Positions 20,799 through 30,328 of a stretch of 64,000 bases of DNA are shown here, piece after piece. A model generated the notes under the pieces. That model was not told the origin of the DNA, did no database searches, and was given only the letters and a program-made list of their open reading frames with translations. How positions within the stretch are numbered: the first letter of the stretch is position 1; every line of letters begins with the position of its first letter. Origin of the DNA: an uncultured Acidimicrobiia bacterium (GTDB lineage Bacteria; Actinomycetota; Acidimicrobiia; Acidimicrobiales; AC-14); contig CAWIIV010000007.1 of the NCBI GenBank assembly GCA_963836205.1, forward strand, positions 160,001 through 224,000, written 5' to 3'. Both the position numbers and the translations under genes were made by a program.

Positions 20799-20936
20799 CT
20801 ACGTCTTGGGGTACTTGGCTGCCACCACTTTCACGAGGTAGCCCAGAATGAACGCGAGCAAACCGAGGACCGCCGACAGCGTCAGCACGGGGGCCAGCCA
20901 GTAGGTCCACGGTTTGGCGGCGAGCATCAGGTCCAT
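20799..20936 (-). CDS. Small single-pass membrane protein (45 aa, not in ORF track)
   Basis: MDLMLAAKPWTYWLAPVLTLSAVLGLLAFILGYLVKVVAAKYPKT*: hydrophobic helix, GGGAG-free but co-directional and operon-spaced. Confidence 0.6.
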   Translation of the reverse strand: MDLMLAAKPWTYWLAPVLTLSAVLGLLAFILGYLVKVVAAKYPKT

Positions 20937-21052
20937 TGGGGGAGCACTGTATCGGTGCCGACCCCCCAACTCGCCACATCACCGCCGTTCAGGAAGATGT
21001 CACCCCCGCCGGGCCCATCGTGCGGCGGGGGGCGGAAGCGTTGCGTTGTGGG

Positions 21053-21250
21053 TCAGGCGATCTTGCGACCGCGCACCCGGGGGACCGACATGGGCTCGTG
21101 CTGGTAGCAGAACTTGCCGTCGTTGTAGATCGACAGCCTGGTCTCGCAACCCGCCTGGCCGCAGACGCGACCGGCCTTGAACCGCTTGGAGGGCCGGTCA
21201 TTCCCCGAGATCGGCTTGGCGCCGACGGAGGCTTCGGACATGCCCTTCAC
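21053..21250 (-). CDS. Small basic protein with a Cx4C...Cx2H putative zinc site
   Basis: RVCGQAGCETRLSIYNDGKFCYQH, directly downstream of the anti-sigma gene. Confidence 0.65.
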   Translation of the reverse strand: MKGMSEASVGAKPISGNDRPSKRFKAGRVCGQAGCETRLSIYNDGKFCYQHEPMSVPRVRGRKIA

Positions 21251-21269
21251 AACCGGCGGAAGGGCCGGC

Positions 21270-21521
21270 CTATTCCGGGGTGGCGCCGGGGTCTTCGAGG
21301 CGACGCAGGGCTTCGTAGACCCGGGCCCGAAGCCCCTCGGGCACCCGCTCTCGGCAGCGCTGGGCGATGATCACCCGCAGCTCGGACTCGAAGTCGAAGG
21401 CGTCACCGCACGGGGGGCAGTCGGCCAGGTGCATGGCGATGACGACCCGCCGCTCGTAGGTGAGCTCACCGTCGAGGTAGAAGTAGAGCTGCTCAACTGC
21501 CTCGTAGCAATTGTCATGCAT
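21270..21521 (-). CDS. ZAS-family anti-sigma factor (RshA/RsrA-like)
   Basis: C...LYFYLDGEL...HLADCPPC (HxxxCxxC); overlaps the upstream sigma gene. Confidence 0.92.
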   Translation of the reverse strand: MHDNCYEAVEQLYFYLDGELTYERRVVIAMHLADCPPCGDAFDFESELRVIIAQRCRERVPEGLRARVYEALRRLEDPGATPE

Positions 21522-22101
21522 GCGGCGATCCCTCCGGCACCAACCCTCGTTGCCGTCCGAATTCGTACAACCGCTTCTGCAACGCCTTTCTTCCGCGGTG
21601 GAGACGACTCATGACGGTGCCGATGGGGATGTCGAGGATCTCCGCGATCTCCTTGTACGAGAATCCCTCCACGTCGCCGAGGAGCACCGCCATGCGGAAC
21701 TGCTCGGGGAGGGCCTCGATGGCTTCCTTGACCTCGGTCTCGGTGATGTGGTCGAGGACCTCGTCCTCCGCGCTGCGGCCGGCCGTGGCCCCCTCCGACC
21801 CGGCCAGGCGCCGGTACATGTAGAGGTTCTCGAGGTCTTCCAGCTCGGTCTCCTCCGGCCGCCGCTTCTTCGACCGGTAGGAGTTGATGAACGTGTTGGT
21901 GAGGATGCGGTAGAGCCAGGCCTTGAGGTTGGTGCCCTCCTGGAATCCCCCGAAGCCGCGGTAGGCCTTGAGGTAGGTCTCCTGGACCAGGTCTTCGGCG
22001 TCGGACGGGTTGCGCGTCATGCGCAGGGCGGCGGTGTAGAGCCCACCCATGTACTCCATCGCCTGGTCCGCAAAGGTCGCCTGGTCGGCCACGTTGGTCA
22101 C
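21514..22101 (-). CDS. ECF sigma factor, SigH/SigR-like
   Basis: [48 protein letters not shown]. Confidence 0.93.
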   Translation of the reverse strand: MTNVADQATFADQAMEYMGGLYTAALRMTRNPSDAEDLVQETYLKAYRGFGGFQEGTNLKAWLYRILTNTFINSYRSKKRRPEETELEDLENLYMYRRLAGSEGATAGRSAEDEVLDHITETEVKEAIEALPEQFRMAVLLGDVEGFSYKEIAEILDIPIGTVMSRLHRGRKALQKRLYEFGRQRGLVPEGSPHA

Positions 22102-22157
22102 GGTACTCCCAGCCAGAGACAGTCCCCGACCGCCCCTCGCCGCGGCCGGCGGGCTCG

Positions 22158-22658
22158 CTACCAGGAGCTGGTGATCTCCGGGCGGTGGTTCATGGTCTGG
22201 AGGACGACGCAGTAACGCTCGGTGAGCTTGCGCAGGGTCGCCAGCTGCTCGGCCGTGGCGTCGGAGTCGAGGTCGAAGCTGAGGCGGATGGCCCGGAAGC
22301 CCACCGGCGTCTGGCGGTCGACGGCCAGCGTCCCCCGGAAGTCGAGGTCGCCCTCGGCCCGCACCGTGCCCCCCGCCACCGGGATCGACAGGGCGGTGGC
22401 GACGGCCCGGAGGGTGACGCCGGCGCAGGCCACCAGGGCCTGGAGGAGCATGTCGCCGGAGCAGGCCGACAGCCCGTCGCCGCCGCTGGCCGGGTGCAGG
22501 CCGGCCTCCACCAGCGCCCGGCCGGTGTCGATCGAGCAGGTCACCGCCTCCTCGCCCAGCCTGCCCTCGGCCGACAGGGTCAACAGGGCGGCGCCGGGGT
22601 CCTCCCGGTATCGGTCCTTGAGCGGCGCCTGGATGGCTCGCAGGGTGTCGGCGTCCAT
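22158..22658 (-). CDS. OsmC family protein
   Basis: [38 protein letters not shown]. Confidence 0.85.
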   Translation of the reverse strand: MDADTLRAIQAPLKDRYREDPGAALLTLSAEGRLGEEAVTCSIDTGRALVEAGLHPASGGDGLSACSGDMLLQALVACAGVTLRAVATALSIPVAGGTVRAEGDLDFRGTLAVDRQTPVGFRAIRLSFDLDSDATAEQLATLRKLTERYCVVLQTMNHRPEITSSW

Positions 22659-22677
22659 GGCCGCCAGTGTGGCCGAC

Positions 22678-23766
22678 TCAGGGGCTGGCCAGGACGGAGA
22701 GCACGGCCTCGGCCAGGTCTCCAAGCCCCGAGCACTCCTCGTCGAAGCCGTCGTCGGGCATGGTCGCGCCGAGCAGGTAGCTGTCGCCGGCGGAGGACGT
22801 GATCACGGCCGTTTCCACGCAGTCCAGCCCGGGCGCCACCCCCGGCTTGCCCCGCACCGTCGCCCCCGGGCCGAGGACCCGCATGGCGGCGTCGGAGAAG
22901 TAGCTGCCGGCGCCGGCCATGGCGTCGGAAAGGGCGTCGACGTCGGACGGGCTGATGGCGAAGCGCTCCTCGGCCGACAGCGAGCGGTCGAGCACCAGCC
23001 GCCTCACCGCCTCCGACAGCTCGAACAGGTCGGTGCAGTTGCCCTCGTCGGGACAGTCGTATTCGCCGGTCCCGTCCCGGGCCGGGACCACCGTGGACCG
23101 GCCCCCCTCCTCCAGGACCATCTCCGGTGACCAGCGCACGTCGATGCCGGCGTAGGACCGTTGGATGACGGTGGTGGGGAAGCCGTTGGCCGGGCTCAGG
23201 AAGTCGGCGTTGAGCCGGTCGAAGCCGGCGATGCGGATGAGCATGTCGTAGTCGGCGTTGTCGCTGACGAGGACGGCGGACTCGTAGATCTCCCGCAGGG
23301 TCCAGGAGTAGCCGGTCTCGAAGGAAACCGTGGCCGCGCCGGTGTAGCCGAGCGACGCCGCGAAGTCGAGGGCCCCGAGGGCGGCCAGGAGCTTGATCGA
23401 CGACGCCGGCCAGAAGTCGCGGTCGAAGGCCCCGCCGCCGGCCATGTAGTCGACGTACCGGGGCGCCCCCGAGCCGTCACCTTCGACGACCCGGGCCGCG
23501 TACACGCTGGCGCCCCCGGGAAGCTCGTAGCCCGACGCGGCCAGGTCGAGCGGCTGGGGACCGGACTGCGCTCGCTCGTCGTCCGGAACCGGAGGGGCCA
23601 TCTCCTCCGACCCGCGGTCGGGACCCGAGGCGGGGAGGCTCGCCGTCCCCATCCCCGTCCCAGTCGGTGTTCCGGCTTGCACGCTCGCGGTGACCCCGGC
23701 CACGAGGAGCAGCATCGCCACCGCGCATGCCAACGGTCGGACGGCGCCCCCAGCCATTTGGCCCAC
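22678..23766 (-). CDS. Secreted serine hydrolase of the class A beta-lactamase-like family
   Basis: Signal-like N-terminus, PASSIK (SxxK), SDN, GKPG (KTG variant). Confidence 0.75.
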   Translation of the reverse strand: MGQMAGGAVRPLACAVAMLLLVAGVTASVQAGTPTGTGMGTASLPASGPDRGSEEMAPPVPDDERAQSGPQPLDLAASGYELPGGASVYAARVVEGDGSGAPRYVDYMAGGGAFDRDFWPASSIKLLAALGALDFAASLGYTGAATVSFETGYSWTLREIYESAVLVSDNADYDMLIRIAGFDRLNADFLSPANGFPTTVIQRSYAGIDVRWSPEMVLEEGGRSTVVPARDGTGEYDCPDEGNCTDLFELSEAVRRLVLDRSLSAEERFAISPSDVDALSDAMAGAGSYFSDAAMRVLGPGATVRGKPGVAPGLDCVETAVITSSAGDSYLLGATMPDDGFDEECSGLGDLAEAVLSVLASP

Positions 23767-23778
23767 ACGATGCCCAAA

Positions 23779-24651
23779 TCAGCGCAGGGTGAACCGCCGG
23801 GAGATGATTCGGGCGACGATGGTGAGCACCAGGACGAGGACGATGAGGGTCAGCGCTGCGCCCCACGCCCGGTTCTGGGCGCCGATGAACGGCTGCTGGG
23901 CGTTGGCGAAGATCTGGGTCGACAGCGCCGCGTTGGAGCCCTCGAAGAGGTTGGCGTTCACGCTGCGGGCGGCGCCGATGGTGAAGAGCAGGGGCGCCGT
24001 CTCGCCCGCGGCCCGGGCCACGGCCAGCAGGCTGCCGCTGGTGATGCCGGGGAGAGCGGCCGGCAGCACCACCGTCATGATCATCCGCGACTTGCTCGCC
24101 CCCAGGGCGGCGCTGCCCTCCCGCAGGGAGTTGGGGACCAGCCGCAGCATCGACTCCGTGGACCGGATGACGATCGGGAGCATGAGCGCGCCCAGGGCGA
24201 GGGCGCCGGCGAAGGCGGACTGGCCGAAGCGCAGGACCCAGAGGGTGTAGATGAACAGGCCCATCACGATCGACGGCACCCCGGCCATCACGTCGGACAG
24301 GAACCGGATGGCGCCGGCCAGCTTCGAGCCCTGGCCGTACTCGGTGATGTAGACAGCCGCCAGGATGCCCAACGGCACGGCCATGAGGGTGGCGGCGAGG
24401 GTGATGAGCAGGGTGCCGGCGATGGCGGGCCCCATGCCCGGCCCCGGGAGCCGGGAGACGATGGGGATGTCCTTGGTGAGGAAGTCGAGGTCGACGACGC
24501 CGGCGCCCTTCTTCGCCACGTACAGGAGGGCGAACCCGAGCGGGATGGCAGCGGCCAGCACCGACCCGTACACGAAGGCGGTGGCGATGTTGTTCCGCAC
24601 CCGGCGGGAGCGCTGGACGTTGGTGGACGTGAGGTCGATCGGAGCGGTCAT
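23779..24651 (-). CDS. pstA: Phosphate ABC transporter permease PstA
   Basis: GVPSIVMGLF, LREGSAALGAS, ARAAGETAPLL. Confidence 0.95.
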   Translation of the reverse strand: MTAPIDLTSTNVQRSRRVRNNIATAFVYGSVLAAAIPLGFALLYVAKKGAGVVDLDFLTKDIPIVSRLPGPGMGPAIAGTLLITLAATLMAVPLGILAAVYITEYGQGSKLAGAIRFLSDVMAGVPSIVMGLFIYTLWVLRFGQSAFAGALALGALMLPIVIRSTESMLRLVPNSLREGSAALGASKSRMIMTVVLPAALPGITSGSLLAVARAAGETAPLLFTIGAARSVNANLFEGSNAALSTQIFANAQQPFIGAQNRAWGAALTLIVLVLVLTIVARIISRRFTLR

Positions 24652-25649
24652 CGCCGGCCCCTGATCGGCGCCGCGCTCACCGTCTTGCCGGCGATGGCCC
24701 GAGCCACGATGTTGACCACGATGGTCATGGCGAACAGGACCACCCCCATGGCGACGAGGGCCGAGCGGTGGAGGCCGCCCGACTCGCCGAACTGGTTGGC
24801 GATGACCGCGGCCATGGCGTCGCCCCCGCTGAAGAGGTGGAGCGTGAGGCGGGCGCTGGAGCCGATGACAAGGGCGGCGGCGATGGTCTCGCCCATGGCC
24901 CGGCCCAGCCCGAGCATCACCGCCCCGATCATGCCGCTGCGGCTGTGGGGGAAGATCGCCCCCCGCACCATCTCCCAGCGGGTGGCGCCCAGGGCCCACG
25001 CCGCCTCCTTCTGGCCCGCGGGGACGGTGTCGAAGACCTCCCGGGTGAGCGAGGTGACGATCGGGGTGATCATGAGGGCCAGGATGAGCCCGGCGGTGAA
25101 GAAGCTGCGGCCGTTGACGGGCTTGCCGAACAGGACGTTGAGCACGGGGACGGGGTCGACCTTGTCCGCGACCCAGTCGTAGACCTTGACGATCCACGGG
25201 GCCAGCACGATCAGCCCCCACAGTCCGAAGACCACCGACGGCACCGCGGCCAGCATGTCGATCACGTAGATCGTGATCCGGCGCAACCGGCGAGGCGCGA
25301 ACTCGGACAGGAAGAGGGCGATCCCGAAGCTGATCGGCACCGCGAAGGCGAGGGCGATGGCCGAGACGATCATGGTGCCGGAGATGAAGGCGAGGGCCCC
25401 GAAGACGTCGACGTTGGGTGCCCACCGGGACCCGGTGATGTAGCCGATCCCCTCGTCGCTGAGCGCCGGCCCCGCCTTCTGGGTGGTCGAGACGGCGATG
25501 AGCAGCAGGATGGCCAGCACCGACAGGCCACTGGCCAGGGCGGCCAGCTTGAACGCCCGGTCGGCGAGCCGGCGGCGCTTGCCGTCAAGACCGAAGCCGG
25601 CCGGCGGAGGGCCGGCCGGCTTCAGGTCGAGGGTCGGGGTGGCTGTCAC
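24648..25649 (-). CDS. pstC: Phosphate ABC transporter permease PstC
   Basis: LAAVPSVVFGLWG, EAAWALGATRWE, LGRAMGET. Confidence 0.95.
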   Translation of the reverse strand: MTATPTLDLKPAGPPPAGFGLDGKRRRLADRAFKLAALASGLSVLAILLLIAVSTTQKAGPALSDEGIGYITGSRWAPNVDVFGALAFISGTMIVSAIALAFAVPISFGIALFLSEFAPRRLRRITIYVIDMLAAVPSVVFGLWGLIVLAPWIVKVYDWVADKVDPVPVLNVLFGKPVNGRSFFTAGLILALMITPIVTSLTREVFDTVPAGQKEAAWALGATRWEMVRGAIFPHSRSGMIGAVMLGLGRAMGETIAAALVIGSSARLTLHLFSGGDAMAAVIANQFGESGGLHRSALVAMGVVLFAMTIVVNIVARAIAGKTVSAAPIRGRR

Positions 25650-25652
25650 TCG

Positions 25653-26735
25653 TTACGGGGAGGGGACGACGATGCTGTCGATCTGAGCCAGGGCCTTGTC
25701 CCGCAGGCTGGCGGGCAGCTCGGCGTAGTCGACGGGGTTGGCCAGGTCCTGGCCGTCGGTGAGGATGAACGTGAGGAACCCCTTGATGGCATCGCCCTTG
25801 GCCTTGTCGGGCTGGTTCGTGTACACGAGGATCCAGGTGGGGGCGGTGATGGGGTAGGCGCCGTCGCCGTCGGCGTTGAGGGGGTTGTAGGACAGGTCGG
25901 GGTTGATCGTGGCGTTGGCCAGGGCCGCCGAAGCGGCGTCGAGCGTGGGCGCCACCTTCTTGCCCGCCTTGTTGACGATGGTGGCGAACTTGAGGCCGGT
26001 GGCCCTGGCGTCGGACAGGTCGACGTAGCCGATGGCGCCGGGGGTGTCCTTGACGATGGTGGCGACGCCGGCGTTGCCGTTGCCGGCCTGGGTGTCGGCC
26101 GGCCACTCGACGGTGGAGCCGGCGCCCAGGGTCCAGGTGTTGGGCGCGGCGGCGGCAAGGTACTTGGTGAAGTTCTCGGTGGTGCCCGACCCGTCGGAGC
26201 GGTGGGCCACCACGATGTCGGTGGACGGGAGGCTGGTGCCGGCGTTGAGGGCGGTGATGGCGGGGTCGTCCCACTTGGTGATCTGGCGCTGGAAGATCTT
26301 GGCGATGGTGTCGGCGTCGAGGACGACCACCGACGCGTCGAGGTTGTACGACACCGTGATCGGGGCGGCCACCGTCGGGAAGTAGAGGAACGGACCCTTG
26401 TACTTGGGCTTGTCCTCCTCCTTGACCAGGCCGTCGCTGCCGGCGAAGTCGACCACCCCGTCCTGCAGGTTCTGGCGGCCGGTGCCGGACCCGCCGCCGG
26501 GGTACTCGATGGTGAGGCCGGGCTGCTCGGCCTTGAACGCCTCGATGGCCACCTCGTAGAAGCCCTTGGGGAACGTCGCCCCCGAGCCCTTGAGGACGCC
26601 GGTGAGCTGGCTACTCGACCCCGTCCCGCCGCCGACGGTCGTGTCGTCGTCCGCCGACCCGCAGGCCGCGGCCCCCAGCGCGAGCACGACGGACAAGGCC
26701 GTCATCCTCAGGATCCCAGACTTGGTACGCGGCAT
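25653..26735 (-). CDS. pstS: Phosphate-binding lipoprotein PstS
   Basis: Lipobox AAAC, GSGATFP, GSGTG, DFAGSD, HRSDGSGTT, AYPI. Confidence 0.96.
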   Translation of the reverse strand: MPRTKSGILRMTALSVVLALGAAACGSADDDTTVGGGTGSSSQLTGVLKGSGATFPKGFYEVAIEAFKAEQPGLTIEYPGGGSGTGRQNLQDGVVDFAGSDGLVKEEDKPKYKGPFLYFPTVAAPITVSYNLDASVVVLDADTIAKIFQRQITKWDDPAITALNAGTSLPSTDIVVAHRSDGSGTTENFTKYLAAAAPNTWTLGAGSTVEWPADTQAGNGNAGVATIVKDTPGAIGYVDLSDARATGLKFATIVNKAGKKVAPTLDAASAALANATINPDLSYNPLNADGDGAYPITAPTWILVYTNQPDKAKGDAIKGFLTFILTDGQDLANPVDYAELPASLRDKALAQIDSIVVPSP

Positions 26736-26791
26736 CAGCGATCTTCCTCCCTCGAGGTCATATGTCGGTCGCGGACACTACGGAACAGGGT

Positions 26792-26829
26792 TGACCGGAG
26801 GCTGGCCGACAGGTGAACGAGCAATGAAC
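26792..26829 (-). promoter_or_regulatory. PHO-box-like direct repeats upstream of pstS
   Basis: Minus-strand GTTCA, GTTCA, GGCCA, GGTCA in exact 11-nt register (26825, 26814, 26803, 26792), matching actinobacterial PhoP/RegX3-type repeat units. Confidence 0.75.
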
Positions 26830-26852
26830 GATCAGGGAAGTCGAAGCCGCCC

Positions 26853-27536
26853 CTATGACAGGACGGAGTCGTGCGCCGGGTGGCCATGGAGATTCCCGGT
26901 GACCATGTAGGCGACCCGCTCGGCCACGTTGACCGCGTGGTCGGCGATGCGCTCGAAGTAGCGGCCGACCAGCGCCACCTGGACGGCCAACTGCACCGCC
27001 GCTTCGTCGCGGGCGGGGAAGCTGAAGATCGTCCGGAAGAGCTCCTTCTGCAGGTCGTCCATCACGTCGTCCATGTCGGCCAGGGCCCGGGCCCGCACCT
27101 GGTCGCGCTCGGCGAAGGCGTCGGTGGCCACCTGGAGCTGGGCCGTGGCCTGCTCCCGCATGCGGTCGATGAGGCCCCGCAGCCGGGGGTCGAGCTGGCG
27201 GGGGTAGAGGCGGCGGGCGGCCTTGGCCACGTTGCCCATGAGGTCGCCGATGCGCTCCAGCTCGTGGACGACCCGGACGATGGTGACGAGGGTGCGCAGG
27301 TCGACGGCCATCGGCTGCTGGCGGGCCAGGAGGAGGTAGACCCGCTCCTCCATGTCGTAGGCCAGGGCGTCCATGAAGGCGTCGTCGGTGATGACCCGCT
27401 CGGCCGAGATGAGGTCGAACTCGAGGAGAGCCCCGGCGCCGGCCTGGATCGCCTCCGAGGCCATCGCCGACAGGCGGACGACGTCGGAGCAGAGCTCGGC
27501 CAGCTCCTCGTGGAAGACCTTGCGGGTCTCGGTCAC
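26853..27536 (-). CDS. phoU: Phosphate signalling protein PhoU
   Basis: RKVFHEEL, LARQQPMAVDLR, ELERIGD, DDVMD, RYFERIADHAVN. Confidence 0.96.
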   Translation of the reverse strand: MTETRKVFHEELAELCSDVVRLSAMASEAIQAGAGALLEFDLISAERVITDDAFMDALAYDMEERVYLLLARQQPMAVDLRTLVTIVRVVHELERIGDLMGNVAKAARRLYPRQLDPRLRGLIDRMREQATAQLQVATDAFAERDQVRARALADMDDVMDDLQKELFRTIFSFPARDEAAVQLAVQVALVGRYFERIADHAVNVAERVAYMVTGNLHGHPAHDSVLS

Positions 27537-28448
27537 TCATCCGAACCGGCCGGTGATGTAGGCCTCGGTGCGTTCGTTGCTGGGCGTGGTGAAGATGCGC
27601 TGGGTGTCGTCGAACTCGATGAGGACCCCGGTGCGGGTGTCGGACTCGGGGTTGACCTCGGCGGTGAAGAAGGCCGTCTTGTCGCTCACCCGGGCCGCCT
27701 GCTGCATGTTGTGGGTGACGATCACGATGGTGAACTCGGTCTTGAGGTCCTGCATCAGGTCCTCGATGCGGGTGGTGGCGATGGGGTCGAGGGCCGAGCA
27801 GGGCTCGTCCATGAGGATGACCTCGGGCCGGGTGGCGATGGTGCGGGCGATGCAGAGCCGTTGCTGCTGGCCGCCCGACATGTCGGTGGCGGGGGACTTG
27901 AGCCGGGACTTGACCTCGTCCCACAGGGCCGCCTTGCGCAGGGCCTGCTCGACGATGTCGTCCATGTTCCCCTTCATGTTCCCGATCCGGGGTCCGTAGG
28001 CCACGTTGTCGTAGATCGACTTGGGGAACGGGTTGGGCTTCTGGAACACCATGCCGATGCGCCGCCGCACCTCCACCGCGTCGACCGTGGGGCCGTAGAG
28101 GTCGAGGCCGTGGTAGCGGATGGTGCCGTCGATACGGGCCCCGTGGATGAGGTCGTTCATCCGGTTGAGGCAGCGCAGGACGGTGGTCTTGCCGCAGCCG
28201 GACGGGCCGATGAAGGCGGTGATCTGGTTGGCCTGGATCTGGAGGTTGACGTCGCGAACGGCCCGGAACTTGCCGTAGTAGACGTCGAGGCTCTGGAGGT
28301 CGAACACGGGCGCAGCCGCCGCCTCCGGCTCGGGTCGGTCTGGGCCCTTGACCTCGTCGGGCTGAGACGGGGCGCGACCCGTATTCGCCTTCGAATCTGG
28401 CGCTTGAACGGCAACCCAGTCCAACCGAACGTCAACGGGCGGGGTCAT
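27537..28448 (-). CDS. pstB: Phosphate ABC transporter ATPase PstB (start may be further downstream)
   Basis: [47 protein letters not shown]. Confidence 0.96.
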   Translation of the reverse strand: MTPPVDVRLDWVAVQAPDSKANTGRAPSQPDEVKGPDRPEPEAAAAPVFDLQSLDVYYGKFRAVRDVNLQIQANQITAFIGPSGCGKTTVLRCLNRMNDLIHGARIDGTIRYHGLDLYGPTVDAVEVRRRIGMVFQKPNPFPKSIYDNVAYGPRIGNMKGNMDDIVEQALRKAALWDEVKSRLKSPATDMSGGQQQRLCIARTIATRPEVILMDEPCSALDPIATTRIEDLMQDLKTEFTIVIVTHNMQQAARVSDKTAFFTAEVNPESDTRTGVLIEFDDTQRIFTTPSNERTEAYITGRFG

Positions 28449-29336
28449 CGAGTCATCAACTCTCTTTGCTGGGGGTTGTCGGTCTCAAAGAGGAGCCGGG
28501 AGTAGTCGCACGGGCCGGTTCGAGGGGTCGCGGGCCAACAGCAGCTTTCCCAACGATATCGATTCGTTGACAACTCCGAAGCCGCTGTGCCCGAGGCCCT
28601 TTAAACCGGATGCTACGGCCGAAGAGGTTCCAGTGGGCTCTGCTCGTCACCACATCACTCCATTAGACCGCGGATGGACTGGACTCGTGTGTCGCGCCGG
28701 ACCTTCGAACGTGTGACGTGCGAAATGGAGGGCGGGCAGGGGGTGGCGCCGAGGAGCCGACTGTCGCCTGAACATTGGCACCAGGGTCTCGGGACGGTGA
28801 GCTGTCGCCAGCGAGGAACTCAGAGGACACGATCACACGGCCTTGAATCTGGTGGACCTGGCGGACGGTCGCCGAACGACGCCCCGAGCTTCGCCGAATC
28901 AATTGCCGCCATATTCGGATCGATAGTTATGCATATTCTACGCGTACGCTTCGCAGGTTCAACAACACCGACGACGTTCGCTCGAACCTCCGTCTCCCGC
29001 TCGGTGTGGCCCGGAATCACGTCAAGTCCCCCGCGTTGGGGCGTCATCCCGCAACGTCCGTTCGCACGCCGTATGCCTAGTCGAGAATGGTGCCAGCGTC
29101 AAGTATGATTCTAAAAACAAACCAGAAGGTTGCGAAATAGACCTTGCTGAATGCCGCGTTCAATTTAACCAGACCAGCACAGGGTTCGGGGGCTACCTAG
29201 TCGCAGGAGGGCCCCTCTCTAGACTGACGAGATTTAGGCAGGTAGGTGCCTAAAGTCAGGAAACCCGTAAGTCAGCCCTGGGCCATTGCTTGGGTGTTTG
29301 CCACTGCATGCTTCATCATATGAACGACCTGTTCAC

Positions 29337-29939
29337 CTATTTTGAGTGTATGATCAGAAATGCCCTCGACGTAGTGGCCAGCCTGAGTAATTCGAATGGC
29401 CGTGCTTCCGGGAATCTGCCCTTCATCGCGGGCGTGCTGTGCGCGGTGGAGCAGATCAGCAGGTCGTCCATTTTCGTGTTGGTCTCGATGAGTTCCGCAG
29501 CTGCCGCAGGTCCCGTTGGTGAAAAGCCCGTGCCGCTAGGCGTACCTGGGCACTGGCCTGGTCCCGCATCGTCTCGATGAGTCGGCGCAGTTCGATTGGC
29601 AGGCTCATGGGTGCCGATCGCCCTGAAGCTCGCGCCATCGCGGCTTAAGGTACCGATCTGCTCGAGTTCATGTGCAGCTCGCAAAGCCGTCGTCAGCATT
29701 CGAAGATCACATGCAACTGGCTGTTGCCGTGCGACCATAAGACAAATTCGGTCATCCATATCGTGAGCAAGACCAGCCAGCAACCTTGGGTCTATCACGA
29801 CCTTGTCAGAGCTTGTCCCGTTGTTGAGTAGAAGGGCGGTCCCAGCTCGAATTGCATCAGTAGCCATTCCGGCAAGCCTCATTACATCGCTATCGAGCTG
29901 GTTCAGTTCCTTGTGATAGGCTTTGCGCGTATCATTCAT
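29337..29939 (-). pseudogene. Degenerate second phoU copy in an AT-richer segment
   Basis: MNDTRKAYHKEL...ARQQPVACDLR...HELEQIG aligns with phoU. The continuation LRRLIETMRDQASAQVRLAARAF is in another frame (29456..29638), and the ERIADH motif is absent. Confidence 0.8.
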
Positions 29940-30328
29940 TGATCCGTACTCCGGTCTCAGCCGCACCGTCCAGTGACGGGAGTGCTAGCGCGGGACTTAG
30001 TTGGGAGGATATGGATTACCCGAGTCATCGTCCTCAGAATCGGAGACCCATAGAGATAGCGTCGGACGTCAGCCGGGGTCGAAGAAGCCCGTCCATCGGA
30101 CGATGAACTCGTGTCGTCACAGTTCAGACCGCCAACATCGGCACTGTCCAAGAGAAGCGATCTACTCGGAGCCCGACGTTTGATGTCGACAAGCATGCCC
30201 GAGCACAGGTGCTTGTCGTCATGGAAAGGTCCCCACGATTCGACAGCCTAGGGACCAGGTTGACCGCGAGGGGTACTTCGGTGAACGGCAGATGAATGAT
30301 GGGGGACGGGCTGCGCCGCCGGCGGCGG

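Noticed and set aside
22678-23766. Bona fide antibiotic-resistance beta-lactamase
   Set aside because: Only fold-level motifs are present (KPG instead of KTG); activity cannot be inferred.
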